This document shows, in pieces, positions 47,456 to 56,895 of a stretch of 64,000 nt of DNA. The stretch comes from Candidatus Saccharimonadota bacterium. GTDB taxonomy: Bacteria > Patescibacteriota > Saccharimonadia > UBA4664. Made by a program: the position numbers and the translations under genes. The notes beneath the pieces were generated by a model that was not told where the DNA came from, made no database searches, and worked only from the letters and a program-made list of their open reading frames with translations. Within the stretch, counting starts at the first letter, position 1. Each line of letters starts with the position of its first letter. The stretch lies in the NCBI GenBank assembly GCA_019352195.1, contig JACAFG010000002.1, positions 103,820 through 167,819 of the forward strand, read 5' to 3'.

Positions 47456-48078
47456 TGAGTATGCAGTTTGGCCGCGCTTATTTTGCGAGACGCTACCTAG
47501 AATTAACAGTCAACCAATTTGAGTTCGAGCCATTCATGATTGGGGCCTTGTTTCCAGATATACGACAGCTAGGTACCATTTCGCGAGAGGCCACCCATTT
47601 GGAAGGTGCCTCATTTCGGGCCTTGGCGGAAGAGACGTCCTCGTTTCGAGCTGGCATGCTGATCCACAATCTAATCGATACGCTGCGGGTCGGTTATCTG
47701 AAGGAGCATGGCGTGGATGAGGTTGATGACATGCTCTTGGCGACCCCACAGAAGCTCATCGAGGATGAACTGGTTTACAGTCATCAGGCTGATTGGTCGC
47801 GAGAGATTAAGGTGCTCGATAAAGTGTTAGATAATGAACTGGCCCTGGTTCAAGAGGCAACGGTCTTACTGTGGCATCGGATCATACAAGATTATTTTCG
47901 TGCCGGACCGACGCCAGCAGCATTTGAGATTCTTGGTTTGCAGTTAGTTGGTTCGTCGCCTAAATTATTGGCAAATATCGAGCAACGACGCTTGTCGCTA
48001 GGTCAGGATCGGGAGCGCCGAGCATTGATTAACTCGTTTATAGCAGAGTTTGATCGACTGGTGGTTGCTCATGGCTAA
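47455..48078 (+). CDS. Hypothetical protein
   Basis: A 207 aa ORF whose start is coupled to the thrS stop. It is not recognised. Confidence 0.45.
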   Translation: MSMQFGRAYFARRYLELTVNQFEFEPFMIGALFPDIRQLGTISREATHLEGASFRALAEETSSFRAGMLIHNLIDTLRVGYLKEHGVDEVDDMLLATPQKLIEDELVYSHQADWSREIKVLDKVLDNELALVQEATVLLWHRIIQDYFRAGPTPAAFEILGLQLVGSSPKLLANIEQRRLSLGQDRERRALINSFIAEFDRLVVAHG

Positions 48079-48670
48079 ACCAGTCATTGCCATTGATATT
48101 GATGAAGTGTTGGCACCTTTTAATGAGCGGATACTGGCGCATTACAACCGCATCGACGGGACGAGTATTGAGGCTCATGAGTACGGCGGTCTGGTTGATT
48201 TTGAGGATTTGTGGCATATTCCCAGAGCGGAGGCAATCGTCCGATTTGAGGAGTACCATCGTCATGGTCATTCGGGTCGTCATGAGCCCATGGACGAATC
48301 AATTGCGGCTGTGAGTGAGCTCAAACAACACTTTGAGCTTGTGGTTATTACCTCTCGGCAGCTGGAGTTTCAGACGGTAACTACCGAGTGGGTAAAGCGC
48401 CACTATCCGGGTATTTTCCGGGATGTCCATTTGGCTAATTATTGGGATGAGGATCGGCCTCGATCAACCAAGGCGGCAATATGTCAGCAGAGTCATGCTC
48501 AGGTCCTAATTGATGACGACCTAAAGTATGTCACTGAGGCTGCCGAGGCCGGATTGCGAGGTATATTGTTTGGCGACTATTCGTGGAATCAGGCAGGCAC
48601 ACTGCCACAGGGAGTAACTCGAGTTCATAATTGGCGTGAAGCGGTTATATTGCTAACGGAGGGGCTATGA
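48071..48670 (+). CDS. HAD-superfamily 5'(3')-deoxyribonucleotidase (NT5C-like)
   Basis: N-terminal DxDxV motif (IAIDIDEVLAPF). The architecture is PF06941-like. Confidence 0.6.
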   Translation: MAKPVIAIDIDEVLAPFNERILAHYNRIDGTSIEAHEYGGLVDFEDLWHIPRAEAIVRFEEYHRHGHSGRHEPMDESIAAVSELKQHFELVVITSRQLEFQTVTTEWVKRHYPGIFRDVHLANYWDEDRPRSTKAAICQQSHAQVLIDDDLKYVTEAAEAGLRGILFGDYSWNQAGTLPQGVTRVHNWREAVILLTEGL

Positions 48671-49290
48671 GTCATAAACCGGTAATTGCGGTAGACCTGG
48701 ATGATGTGCTCTACCCGACGGCCCAGCACTTGGCTGACATCGTGGGCGAGCCGTTGGGAATTGCCATCGATGCATACCACGGTGACCGGCGTTTGCGCGA
48801 AGTAGTAGCGTCAAAAACAGGTATGAGCTTAAATGAGGCGGCAGCTTTGTCGCGTAGGGCCTTTTTGCACGAGGACTTTGCAGTGATGAAGCCGTTTCCA
48901 GCTGCGCTTGAAGCCATTTATGAGTTGGCCGCAACACACGATATTGTGGCAGTTACGGCGAGATCTAACGAAATTCACGCAACTACCAGGCGGGTGATTG
49001 AACGTGATTTTGGGAACCTGATTCGGGAAGTTTATTTTCCAAATACAGAGCGCTGGAGTGATGAACCAATCGATAAATTGCCGCATTTACGCGAAGTGGG
49101 TGCCGTCTGGCTGATTGACGATCGCTTGTCACACGTCGAACACTTGGGTGAGCTTGGTATTCATGGCGGTCTGTTTGGAAATTACCCTTGGAATCAAATT
49201 GATGCGTTGCCGCATGGGGTGGTGCGGCTGGCTAATTGGCCTGAGGCAGTTAGGGCAATTCGGGATGGTGGAGTGCATTCGTTATCATGA
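48667..49290 (+). CDS. HAD-superfamily 5'(3')-deoxyribonucleotidase paralog
   Basis: IAVDLDDVLYP motif and the same overall layout as the upstream gene. The two form a tandem duplication. Confidence 0.6.
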   Translation: MSHKPVIAVDLDDVLYPTAQHLADIVGEPLGIAIDAYHGDRRLREVVASKTGMSLNEAAALSRRAFLHEDFAVMKPFPAALEAIYELAATHDIVAVTARSNEIHATTRRVIERDFGNLIREVYFPNTERWSDEPIDKLPHLREVGAVWLIDDRLSHVEHLGELGIHGGLFGNYPWNQIDALPHGVVRLANWPEAVRAIRDGGVHSLS

Positions 49291-49610
49291 ACCGGGAAGG
49301 TAGTTTTGCTGAAAAGATCCACACTTACGTTGCGATGATTCCGTTTGGCCGTGTGATGACCTATGGTCAGTTGGCAGCATTGGCCGGAAGTCCTCGCGCC
49401 GCGCGGCAAGTGGGCGGGGTAGCGCACTATGGTCCGGAAGGTTTACCATGGCAACGCGTAGTCAATAAGCATGGTGGAATGGCGGCCGGATTTCCTGGTG
49501 GCCCTAGCGCTCAGGCGGAAATGCTAGTAGCAGAAGGCGTTACCCTGAATGCGCAACAATGTCTCGACATCGAACGTCTGATCTGGTGGCCGCCCGAAGA
49601 TAGTGATTAA
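49287..49610 (+). CDS. Alkyltransferase-like protein (ATL; MGMT-like DNA-binding domain lacking the active-site Cys)
   Basis: IPFGRVMTYGQLAALAGSPRAARQVGGV helix-turn-helix, and PWQRVVN in place of the PCHRV motif. Confidence 0.65.
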   Translation: MNREGSFAEKIHTYVAMIPFGRVMTYGQLAALAGSPRAARQVGGVAHYGPEGLPWQRVVNKHGGMAAGFPGGPSAQAEMLVAEGVTLNAQQCLDIERLIWWPPEDSD

Positions 49611-49641
49611 ATCTATATTAAATGAAGTAATAATTACAACA

Positions 49642-50520
49642 ATGCTCGACAAAAATATACAAATAATTACCATTCTTGGCCCTACTGCCAGCGGAAAAAC
49701 CGACTTAGCACTCGCTTTGACCGCTAAATATAACGGTGAAATTATTTGTGCTGACTCGCGGACAATTTATCGGGCCATGGATATTGGTACGGCTAAACCA
49801 TCCGTCGAGGATCAAGCAAAGGTACCGCATCATCTGTTGGATCTTATAGATCCTGGTGAAACCTTGAGCGCGGGCGCCTTTAAGCGTCTGGCTGAGGCTA
49901 AAATTGTCGAAATTTCGAAGCGCGGCCACGTGCCGTTTTTGGTAGGCGGCTCTGGTTTATATATCGACGCGGTGATTTATGACTACCAGTTTCCTCTAGC
50001 CGCGCTCCCAGGTCTACGAGACCAACTTGAAATGTTAAGTGATAATGAACTCCGCCATAAATTAGCGGCCGAAGACGAAGCGCAGTTCGTACGCATCGAT
50101 ACTAACAACCGACGTCGGTTGATTCGGGCCTTGGAAACGTCCGGGCAAATACTAAGCAAACGGGATCGCCAGTTGCCAAACGTTTTAACCTTAGGACTGC
50201 GCTTGAACAAGGAAGTAATGCAACAGCGAATTGAAAAACGTATCGAAAAAATGCTTCAGCAAGGCCTTTTAAATGAAGTTAAGACTATCGGCGACACGTA
50301 TGGTTGGGATAGCGAAGCTCTGTCTGGGACGGGCTACCGGGCCTTTCGAGCCGTTGTGAACGGATCAAAAACCGTGGCTGAGGGTGTGTCAGACAATGTT
50401 CACGGCGATATGATGCTCGTTAAGAAGCAAATGACCTGGTTTAGGCGCAACCCCGATATTCACTGGCTTGATAAGCCCAGTGAAGCCGATGGGCTTGTCC
50501 GCGATTTTTTGGGCATGTAG
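49642..50520 (+). CDS. miaA: tRNA dimethylallyltransferase
   Basis: P-loop ILGPTASGKTDLALAL, ICADSRTIYRAMDIGTAKPS and a conserved C-terminal region. Confidence 0.85.
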   Translation: MLDKNIQIITILGPTASGKTDLALALTAKYNGEIICADSRTIYRAMDIGTAKPSVEDQAKVPHHLLDLIDPGETLSAGAFKRLAEAKIVEISKRGHVPFLVGGSGLYIDAVIYDYQFPLAALPGLRDQLEMLSDNELRHKLAAEDEAQFVRIDTNNRRRLIRALETSGQILSKRDRQLPNVLTLGLRLNKEVMQQRIEKRIEKMLQQGLLNEVKTIGDTYGWDSEALSGTGYRAFRAVVNGSKTVAEGVSDNVHGDMMLVKKQMTWFRRNPDIHWLDKPSEADGLVRDFLGM

Positions 50521-50683
50521 CATGGTGGCATCAAAGTATGTGGCGGTTGTAACGCAATAGGCGACATTACGGAGGTTCTGAAATTTAGTGGACCGCCAGC
50601 TGCGACAAAGCGTGGTTGTCGGCGCTCAGATTTGGTATACTTATATCCAGTATCGAGCAAATAAGCGCGACGGAGTGGGGAAA

Positions 50684-51388
50684 ATGATCGAGCAATTATT
50701 TGGTTCAAAGACCCGAGTAAAGCTTCTGAGCTTGTTTTTTAACAACCCTGGACGGCCGTTTTATGTTCGCGAAATTACTCGAAAAATTGATGAGCAAATT
50801 AACAGCGTTCGCCGTGAGTTGGCTAACTTGCTGTCGATCGGACTTATTTCATCTGAGGGTTCAAATAACCGTCTCTATTACGAAGTAAATCCAAAGTATG
50901 AATACTATGAGCCGTTGCGCGGTATCTTCACGAGCATGCCTGTGAAGTCGCCTGATCCGGTCATTAAGGAAACGCAAGAAGAAGATCAGATTATTAAGCG
51001 TTTGCGCTCAACGGGAAGTGTCAGCTTTGCTTTCCTTAGCGGAACTTTTACGAACGACTCGCATACGAACATCGATATTTTTGTGGTTGGCGATATCAAT
51101 AAAGCCCGTCTGGCTAAAATGGTGGGTGAAATGGAAAAAGAGATGGGTCGTGAGCTCAATTATTCGGCTCTCACACCAGAAGAATATGAGTATCGTTTGA
51201 GCCTAAACGATCGGTTTATTACGACAGTACTCGAGGCGAAGAAAATAGTCGTCATCGATGGCCAAAAAGAGAAGCCGCTGGCTCACAGTGATGTGACGTT
51301 TGGTGAATTTATGGGCGACATCGCTCCGGACCCCGAACACCCGACAAGCCGTCCCGTTCCTGTTAGTATTAAGTCTCAACCCCGATAA
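50684..51388 (+). CDS. Putative winged-helix transcriptional regulator with C-terminal nucleotidyltransferase-like domain
   Basis: N-terminal wHTH (TRVKLLSLFFNNPGRPFYVREITRKIDEQINSVRRELANL). The C-terminal part has an NTase-like core (DIFVVGDINK). Confidence 0.4.
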   Translation: MIEQLFGSKTRVKLLSLFFNNPGRPFYVREITRKIDEQINSVRRELANLLSIGLISSEGSNNRLYYEVNPKYEYYEPLRGIFTSMPVKSPDPVIKETQEEDQIIKRLRSTGSVSFAFLSGTFTNDSHTNIDIFVVGDINKARLAKMVGEMEKEMGRELNYSALTPEEYEYRLSLNDRFITTVLEAKKIVVIDGQKEKPLAHSDVTFGEFMGDIAPDPEHPTSRPVPVSIKSQPR

Positions 51389-51407
51389 CGAGTTACAAAG
51401 GAAACCA

Positions 51408-52034
51408 ATGGATTTAACATATCTTGGCGCTGGCGCCGTTAAACTATCTAGCAAAAACCTCACCGTAGTGTGCGACCCTTACACCAAAGAATCGGGCCTG
51501 CCCACCATTAATGTGCGTGCTGAAGTTGTCACTAAGTCTGGACCGGAAGGTTTTGGTGAGGTAAGCGGAGCCACTATTTCGTTTGATCAGCCGGGTGAAT
51601 ATGAAGCTAAAGGAGTGTCTATTAAGGGTGTTCCGGCGCAACTGCACACTGACGAGACAGGCGAGCGGGGAACCGTGTTTGCCTTTGACATGGACGGAAC
51701 GAATGTAATTGTAGTTGGCAATATTGCCGGCAAACTTGATGACCGTAAGCTTGAGCGACTGGGCCAAGCCGATGTGCTCGTGGTTCCGGTCGGAGGTTTT
51801 GGACTCACCCTCGATGCTGCGGGTGCTGCCGAACTGGTTACACAATTTGAACCCAGTTACGTGGTACCCGTCCACTACGACGATGGTAAGACGGTATACC
51901 CCATGCCACAGGCAGGTGTAGATGAGTTTTTGAAGGAAATGGGGGCAACTGGTGTTGAACCAATTGCCAAGCTAAAGATTAACTCCAAGGAAATGCCCCC
52001 TGAGACCCAGATTGTAGTTCTTCAGCGGGCTTAA
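51408..52034 (+). CDS. MBL-fold metal-dependent hydrolase (UPF0173-like)
   Basis: MDLTYLGAGAVKLSSKNLTVVCDPY ... VVPVGGFGLTLD. Confidence 0.5.
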   Translation: MDLTYLGAGAVKLSSKNLTVVCDPYTKESGLPTINVRAEVVTKSGPEGFGEVSGATISFDQPGEYEAKGVSIKGVPAQLHTDETGERGTVFAFDMDGTNVIVVGNIAGKLDDRKLERLGQADVLVVPVGGFGLTLDAAGAAELVTQFEPSYVVPVHYDDGKTVYPMPQAGVDEFLKEMGATGVEPIAKLKINSKEMPPETQIVVLQRA

Positions 52035-52057
52035 CTCGTTTTCATTGCTCACAAAAT

Positions 52058-52082
52058 GACCAGGATAGCCTGGTTTTTTTGG
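52058..52082. terminator. Bidirectional intrinsic terminator
   Basis: ccagg-atag-cctgg followed by T9. Confidence 0.65.
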
Positions 52083-52171
52083 TATGGGTATTGTAGTGGT
52101 TGGAGAATCAGCCGATCAAAAACTATCAAAAAACCGTCTCCTCAGAGACGGAATGTTGATAGCGAGCGAAA

Positions 52172-52411
52172 CTACGCTGTGGCTTCTGCTGGAGTTGTCT
52201 CGGCGGTAGCTTTCGCTAATGCTTCGCGCTCGTATTTGGCGAGAGTGCGAATACATGACGTACAAAGCTTAGCCTGAACTTTGGTAGTACCAAGGACAAG
52301 CGTGTGGCGCTGGAGGTTTGGCTTCCAGACTTTGCGGGTCTTGTGAAGCGAGAACGGTACACTGTTACCGAACTGCTTACCCTTATTACAGATGTCGCAG
52401 GCGTAGGCCAT
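52172..52411 (-). CDS. rpmB: 50S ribosomal protein L28
   Basis: MAYACDICNKGKQFGNSVPFSLHKTRKVWKPNLQ. Confidence 0.85.
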   Translation of the reverse strand: MAYACDICNKGKQFGNSVPFSLHKTRKVWKPNLQRHTLVLGTTKVQAKLCTSCIRTLAKYEREALAKATAETTPAEATA

Positions 52412-52518
52412 GGAAATAGTCCGTTTAAAACCTTGTAATCTTAGCGAATGTTTACAGATAAGTCAATTGCTACGTGAGGGGTCGCGGGTGCGACCCCTCA
52501 CGTATGAGGTTGTTGGGC

Positions 52519-52950
52519 TCAGACGGCCACTAGCTTGGTGCCGGTTGCTCCAGAGCTGGTCGCTTTGGACAACTGTGCCTGGAGGTACCCGAGCGACGAC
52601 TTGCGGTAGGCCGGCGTGACCGGGTGGCCGATGAACGCTGTGACGTCGGCCACGATGTCCCCGAGGGCGGCGCGGATCACTCGACCTGCCTCCAACGCAT
52701 TCACAGCGGCGTTGGCGGCGCTGCCATCATTGATCGTGACGCACACGACACGGCGTAGGAAGGTGCCCGACGGGAAGGTGGGCGTGGTTTGGACGTTTGG
52801 CAGGTGGTCGAGGATGTTCTCCACCTGGCTGGCGGTGGCTTGACTGAAGGTGACGGCAACGAGAACGGGGAAGATCGACATGCGAGCTCGATTCTTGAGA
52901 GGCGGAGTTAGGACCTGAAGAAGTATAGTCCAGCCAAGAAACAAGGTCAA
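52519..52950 (-). CDS. Hypothetical protein in a high-GC patch (tentatively Asp23/Gls24-like)
   Basis: A 143 aa ORF. The region is about 60% GC against a background near 50%. A GC-rich terminator hairpin lies downstream at 52473-52502. Confidence 0.35.
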   Translation of the reverse strand: MTLFLGWTILLQVLTPPLKNRARMSIFPVLVAVTFSQATASQVENILDHLPNVQTTPTFPSGTFLRRVVCVTINDGSAANAAVNALEAGRVIRAALGDIVADVTAFIGHPVTPAYRKSSLGYLQAQLSKATSSGATGTKLVAV

Positions 52951-53303
52951 TCGCTGGAACTGCCTGCTTGATCGATGCGGTTGGCTATGGGTAGCGGCCG
53001 GACCTGCGCGACCGTGGACACGATAGCCCCGATGGCGGCAGTAACGAGATCAAGGGCACCCTGACGAGCTGCATCGGCTGCGCTTTGTTCGCTTGTCGCG
53101 CTCGCTTCAATGACGATTGAAACAAGCGCGGCCACCACTTTCGTACCTCTCGACTTCGGTAGAAGTCGCGGTGTCAGCTCGCGCTCGCTGTATTCAAACG
53201 TCACCGTAAGACCGGTAATACGCTTGAGCTGGGCCGTGAGCCGGGGCACTGGCGTTTGCGGCTGGACACGCAATCTCACTTGGAAGAGAGCTTCGTAAGA
53301 CAT
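52947..53303 (-). CDS. Hypothetical protein in a high-GC patch (co-operonic, 4-nt overlap)
   Basis: A 118 aa ORF with the same GC skew as its neighbour. Confidence 0.35.
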   Translation of the reverse strand: MSYEALFQVRLRVQPQTPVPRLTAQLKRITGLTVTFEYSERELTPRLLPKSRGTKVVAALVSIVIEASATSEQSAADAARQGALDLVTAAIGAIVSTVAQVRPLPIANRIDQAGSSSD

Positions 53304-53395
53304 GTAACCTCATTTCAACGAGCGTGGATGGATTTGAGCGTGGCGCCATGATAGCCCCGGCGACAATCGCGGTCAACCGCGATACAATAGAGGCT

Positions 53396-54028
53396 ATGTT
53401 GGATTTTCAGACCGTTGCCGCCAGTTTGGTTGCGCTTTTATTGGGGCTAACGCTCCATGAGTTTGCTCATGCGTTGATGGGGCATTATTTGGGTGATACG
53501 ACGGCGCAGGAAGCTGGGCGCTTATCGGTGAACCCATTCGTACATATTGATCCGGTAAATACCTTAGCGCTGCCATTGCTCCTCATACTAGCGGGTTCGC
53601 CCATTGTGTTTGCGGCCGCCAAGCCAGTGCCATTTAATCCGTGGCGGCTGCGCTACGGGCGTTGGGGAGCGGCCATGGTAGCCGCTGCGGGGCCCGTAAC
53701 CAACTTGCTGCTTGCCATTATTTTTGGTTTGTATTTACGCTTTGTGCCCATGGGCCCCACGATTGGGCAATTTTTCTACATCATTGTGGTAACAAACGTG
53801 TCACTGTTTGTGTTTAACCTAATTCCGTTTCCGCCGCTTGATGGCTCGCGCGTACTGTATGCGGCCGTGCCAATCCAGATTCGAGAAGTTATGGACCGGA
53901 TTGAGTCGATTGGTTTTATGGCGATCGTAATTTTTATGGTGGCTTATTATTACCTTGGAATCGGTCATTTGTTCTCGGTATTGGTTTTTCGCATTGTGCA
54001 GCTCATTGTGCCAGTACCGGGTTTCTAG
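53396..54028 (+). CDS. M50 family (site-2 protease-like) membrane metallopeptidase
   Basis: HExxH within a TM helix (LHEFAHALMGH) and a downstream LDG motif. Confidence 0.65.
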   Translation: MLDFQTVAASLVALLLGLTLHEFAHALMGHYLGDTTAQEAGRLSVNPFVHIDPVNTLALPLLLILAGSPIVFAAAKPVPFNPWRLRYGRWGAAMVAAAGPVTNLLLAIIFGLYLRFVPMGPTIGQFFYIIVVTNVSLFVFNLIPFPPLDGSRVLYAAVPIQIREVMDRIESIGFMAIVIFMVAYYYLGIGHLFSVLVFRIVQLIVPVPGF

Positions 54029-54280
54029 ATTCTGGGCGAAGATTGGCCTCAAAATTGGAACAAGTTACGCTTGGAGACGTGCAACTGAGCCGATATAATA
54101 GAATCAACTCGGCGGCGTTCGTTATGGTTGATCATTTTTCTCTGTAAACTTTTATCGGGAATTCAAGATTGCCTCCAACCTCGGTTGTGAGTGCTGCGGA
54201 CACCCACCTGCTTTACGCAGGGAAAAGTTGGATAACCAGACGGCGCTCGCGGAGCTAGCAATTATGTTGGAAAGATAGCC

Positions 54281-54964
54281 GTGACCTACGCGCAGCTGAG
54301 CTGTAATTTTGATCCCGGTTGGAGAGTAGCGCTTGGCAGTGCAGGCGAACCTTTGCAAGCGGTTCACCAGTTTTTAGACGCCGAAATGGCGGCTGGTCGC
54401 CCTTACTTGCCTGAGTCTGAGCTCGTTTTGCGAGCTTTTAAACAGCCACTCAACCAAGTACGTGTCTTAATTGTTGGCCAAGATCCCTATCCCACGCCTG
54501 GGCACCCAGTCGGGTTATCGTTTGCCGTGGGAGCAGGTGTGAGGCCATTGCCGCGAAGTTTAGTAAATATCTACGCCGAGCTTGAGTCCGATATGGGGTA
54601 TCCGCCTTCAACGAGTGGCGATCTGAGCCCATGGAGCCGTCAGGGTATATTGCTGCTCAACCGAGTTTTGAGTGTTCAGTCGGGCATTGCCGGATCTCAT
54701 CGAGGGCGTGGTTGGGAACAATTCACTGATCAAGCGGTCCGTGCTCTTGTAGCGCGAGACAAACCCCTCGTCGCAATCCTATGGGGTAATGACGCGCTTA
54801 AACTGCTGCCTTTATTGGGCACAACACCGGTTATAACGAGCGCACACCCCAGTCCGTTATCAGCGCGCCGCGGTTTTTTTGGTTCAAAACCATTTTCGCG
54901 GACCAATGCATTGCTAGAGCAAATGGGCGCAGATCCAATCGACTGGCGCTTGCCCGCAGCCTAG
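54281..54964 (+). CDS. ung: Uracil-DNA glycosylase (family 1)
   Basis: [18 protein letters not shown] and the HPSPLS motif. GTG start. Confidence 0.85.
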   Translation: MTYAQLSCNFDPGWRVALGSAGEPLQAVHQFLDAEMAAGRPYLPESELVLRAFKQPLNQVRVLIVGQDPYPTPGHPVGLSFAVGAGVRPLPRSLVNIYAELESDMGYPPSTSGDLSPWSRQGILLLNRVLSVQSGIAGSHRGRGWEQFTDQAVRALVARDKPLVAILWGNDALKLLPLLGTTPVITSAHPSPLSARRGFFGSKPFSRTNALLEQMGADPIDWRLPAA

Positions 54965-54996
54965 TTTTTGGGCATACTTACTGGGTCCTAACATTT

Positions 54997-55072
54997 CGGG
55001 GTGTGGCGCAGTTGGTAGCGCGTACGGCTGGGGGCCGTGAGGTCGCAGGTTCGAGCCCTGTCACCCCGACCA
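54997..55072 (+). tRNA. tRNA-Pro (anticodon GGG)
   Basis: Acceptor CGGGGTG/CACCCCG, anticodon loop CTGGGGG with G37, and CCA end. Confidence 0.85.
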
Positions 55073-55151
55073 TGAATTATTTGTTGGCAAGCAGCACGTC
55101 TCCGGCGATGCTGTTTTGTTTTGGAGGTGACACTGTTATGCTGAGACCAAC

Positions 55152-55547
55152 ATGACTGCTAAAATACTCGAAATATTTGTGGTGGCTGCGGTAGTATTTG
55201 CTACTATCGATTTGGTTTGGATCGTAGGTGTAGTCAATAAGATGTATCGTGAGGAGCTGGGTTCGATTGTTCTCAAAAAACCGCGGTCGCTACCGGCGGT
55301 GCTGTTCTATCTTATTTACATAGGTGGGCTCGTATATTTTGCAATATTGCCAGCCTACAACGACGGTACGGCCTTATCGGCCCTACGCGATGGTGCGCTC
55401 TACGGACTATTTACTTACGCCACGTTCGACCTCACTAACTGGTCAGTACTCGAATCGTGGACCCGCAAAGTTGTATTGGCCGACATCGCCTGGGGAATCG
55501 TAATTTCAGGTACGGTTGCGGGGTTAACGCGGCTGATAGTTGGGTAG
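55152..55547 (+). CDS. DUF2177 family membrane protein
   Basis: A 131 aa four-TM protein with the typical layout. Confidence 0.5.
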   Translation: MTAKILEIFVVAAVVFATIDLVWIVGVVNKMYREELGSIVLKKPRSLPAVLFYLIYIGGLVYFAILPAYNDGTALSALRDGALYGLFTYATFDLTNWSVLESWTRKVVLADIAWGIVISGTVAGLTRLIVG

Positions 55548-55553
55548 CCAGCG

Positions 55554-56393
55554 ATGCTTCATTCTTTGATAACGTCCGTAACTCATAGCGCGGTCATGTT
55601 CACCTTGTGGTGTAACTTAGTTGGCGCCATGATTTTTATGACGCTGGCGTTTGCTGTAGCTCAGTGGCGTAAGCGCTTGGATATAGCCGACATCGCGTGG
55701 GGATTGGTTTTTATTGTTATCGCCGTCACGAGCTATGCAGTTGGTGGTACGAATTCGACGCGCCCATTGGTGATGACAACGCTGGTAACGCTATGGGGAC
55801 TGCGTTTAAGTGCGCATATTTTCCTCCGGTTTATTCGTAAACCTGATGAAGACCGCCGTTACGCGGTCATGCGTGAGGGATACGTGAAGCATCCCGTTTT
55901 GCTACCTTATTTTAAGGTTTTTATTTCGCAAGGTTTGCTGGCGCTCGTAATAACGTTACCGCTAACAATCGCCTGTACTACCAGCGACTATTATTTTGGT
56001 TGGTTAAGTGGAGTGGGAGTATTTATCTGGGGGATCGGTTTCTTCTTTGAGACGCTCGGTGACTCTCAGCTTATGATGTTTTTGGGTAACAAACGCAATA
56101 AAGGGAAGTTGATGACGACTGGTTTGTGGAGTTTGACGCGTCATCCCAATTATTTCGGTGAAATAACGCAGTGGTGGGGCATCGGTATTATTGCTTTGGC
56201 CACACCGTACGGCTGGATCGGACTGCTTGGTCCACTTACCATTACGTTTTTGATTGTGAAAGTTTCCGGCGTACCGTTGCTGGAGCAAGCGTACGCGGGT
56301 CGGCCAGATTGGGAAGCCTATAAAGCAAAAACCAATAAACTTATCCCGTGGAGACGCAAAGCTACAGTGGTTTCCGATCCAAAAACGTCGTAA
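55554..56393 (+). CDS. DUF1295 / steroid-5-alpha-reductase-ICMT-like membrane protein
   Basis: LTRHPNYFGEITQWWG signature. Confidence 0.6.
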   Translation: MLHSLITSVTHSAVMFTLWCNLVGAMIFMTLAFAVAQWRKRLDIADIAWGLVFIVIAVTSYAVGGTNSTRPLVMTTLVTLWGLRLSAHIFLRFIRKPDEDRRYAVMREGYVKHPVLLPYFKVFISQGLLALVITLPLTIACTTSDYYFGWLSGVGVFIWGIGFFFETLGDSQLMMFLGNKRNKGKLMTTGLWSLTRHPNYFGEITQWWGIGIIALATPYGWIGLLGPLTITFLIVKVSGVPLLEQAYAGRPDWEAYKAKTNKLIPWRRKATVVSDPKTS

Positions 56394-56465
56394 AAGTTAC
56401 ATCATTATACTTTAATTGTGGTAACTATGATTGATTTTTTGGTTCTTTTTTGTCATAATTTGGTT

Positions 56466-56814
56466 GTCAGTCGGCAAGATGATTGCTTCGTTTCGCGAAG
56501 AGGAAAGTCCGGACAGCATAGAGCAGAACGGTTGCTAACGGCAACCGAAGGTGACTTTAGGGAAAGTGCCACAGAAACAAAACCGCCTCGTAAGAGGTAA
56601 GGATGAAAAGAGTGAGGTAAGAGCTCACAGTCGACGTTGGTGACAACGCCGAGAGGTAAACCCCGTTCGCTGCAAGGTTGCTGGAACATCCCGTAAGGGC
56701 TGCTGCTCGCAGGTTCCGGTGTACGTACCGCTTGAGGCCTATGGCAACATGGGTCCCAGATAGATGATCATTGGGCCATTTGGCTTACAGAATCCGGCTT
56801 ACTAACCGTCTGAC
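56466..56814 (+). ncRNA. rnpB: RNase P RNA (bacterial type A)
   Basis: Conserved GAGGAAAGTCCGGAC (P4 5' strand), AGGGAAAGTGCCACAGAAA ... AAAACCGCC, a 3' ACAGAATCCGGCTTA (P4 3' strand), and P1 pairing GTCAGTCGG/CCGTCTGAC. The ORFs predicted inside are spurious. Confidence 0.85.
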
Positions 56815-56824
56815 ATAATACAAA

Positions 56825-56846
56825 ACCGCCCTTACCGGGCGGTTTT
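56825..56846 (+). terminator. Intrinsic terminator after rnpB
   Basis: accgccc-ttacc-gggcggt followed by TTT. Confidence 0.65.
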
Positions 56847-56895
56847 GTGGTTACAAAAGGCCGGCGTGGTAGAATAAGAAGGAATTTATAGCCAT

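Noticed and set aside
56418-56689. Two small ORFs (56418-56600 plus strand and 56453-56689 minus strand)
   Set aside because: They lie entirely inside the RNase P RNA gene, so they are spurious.
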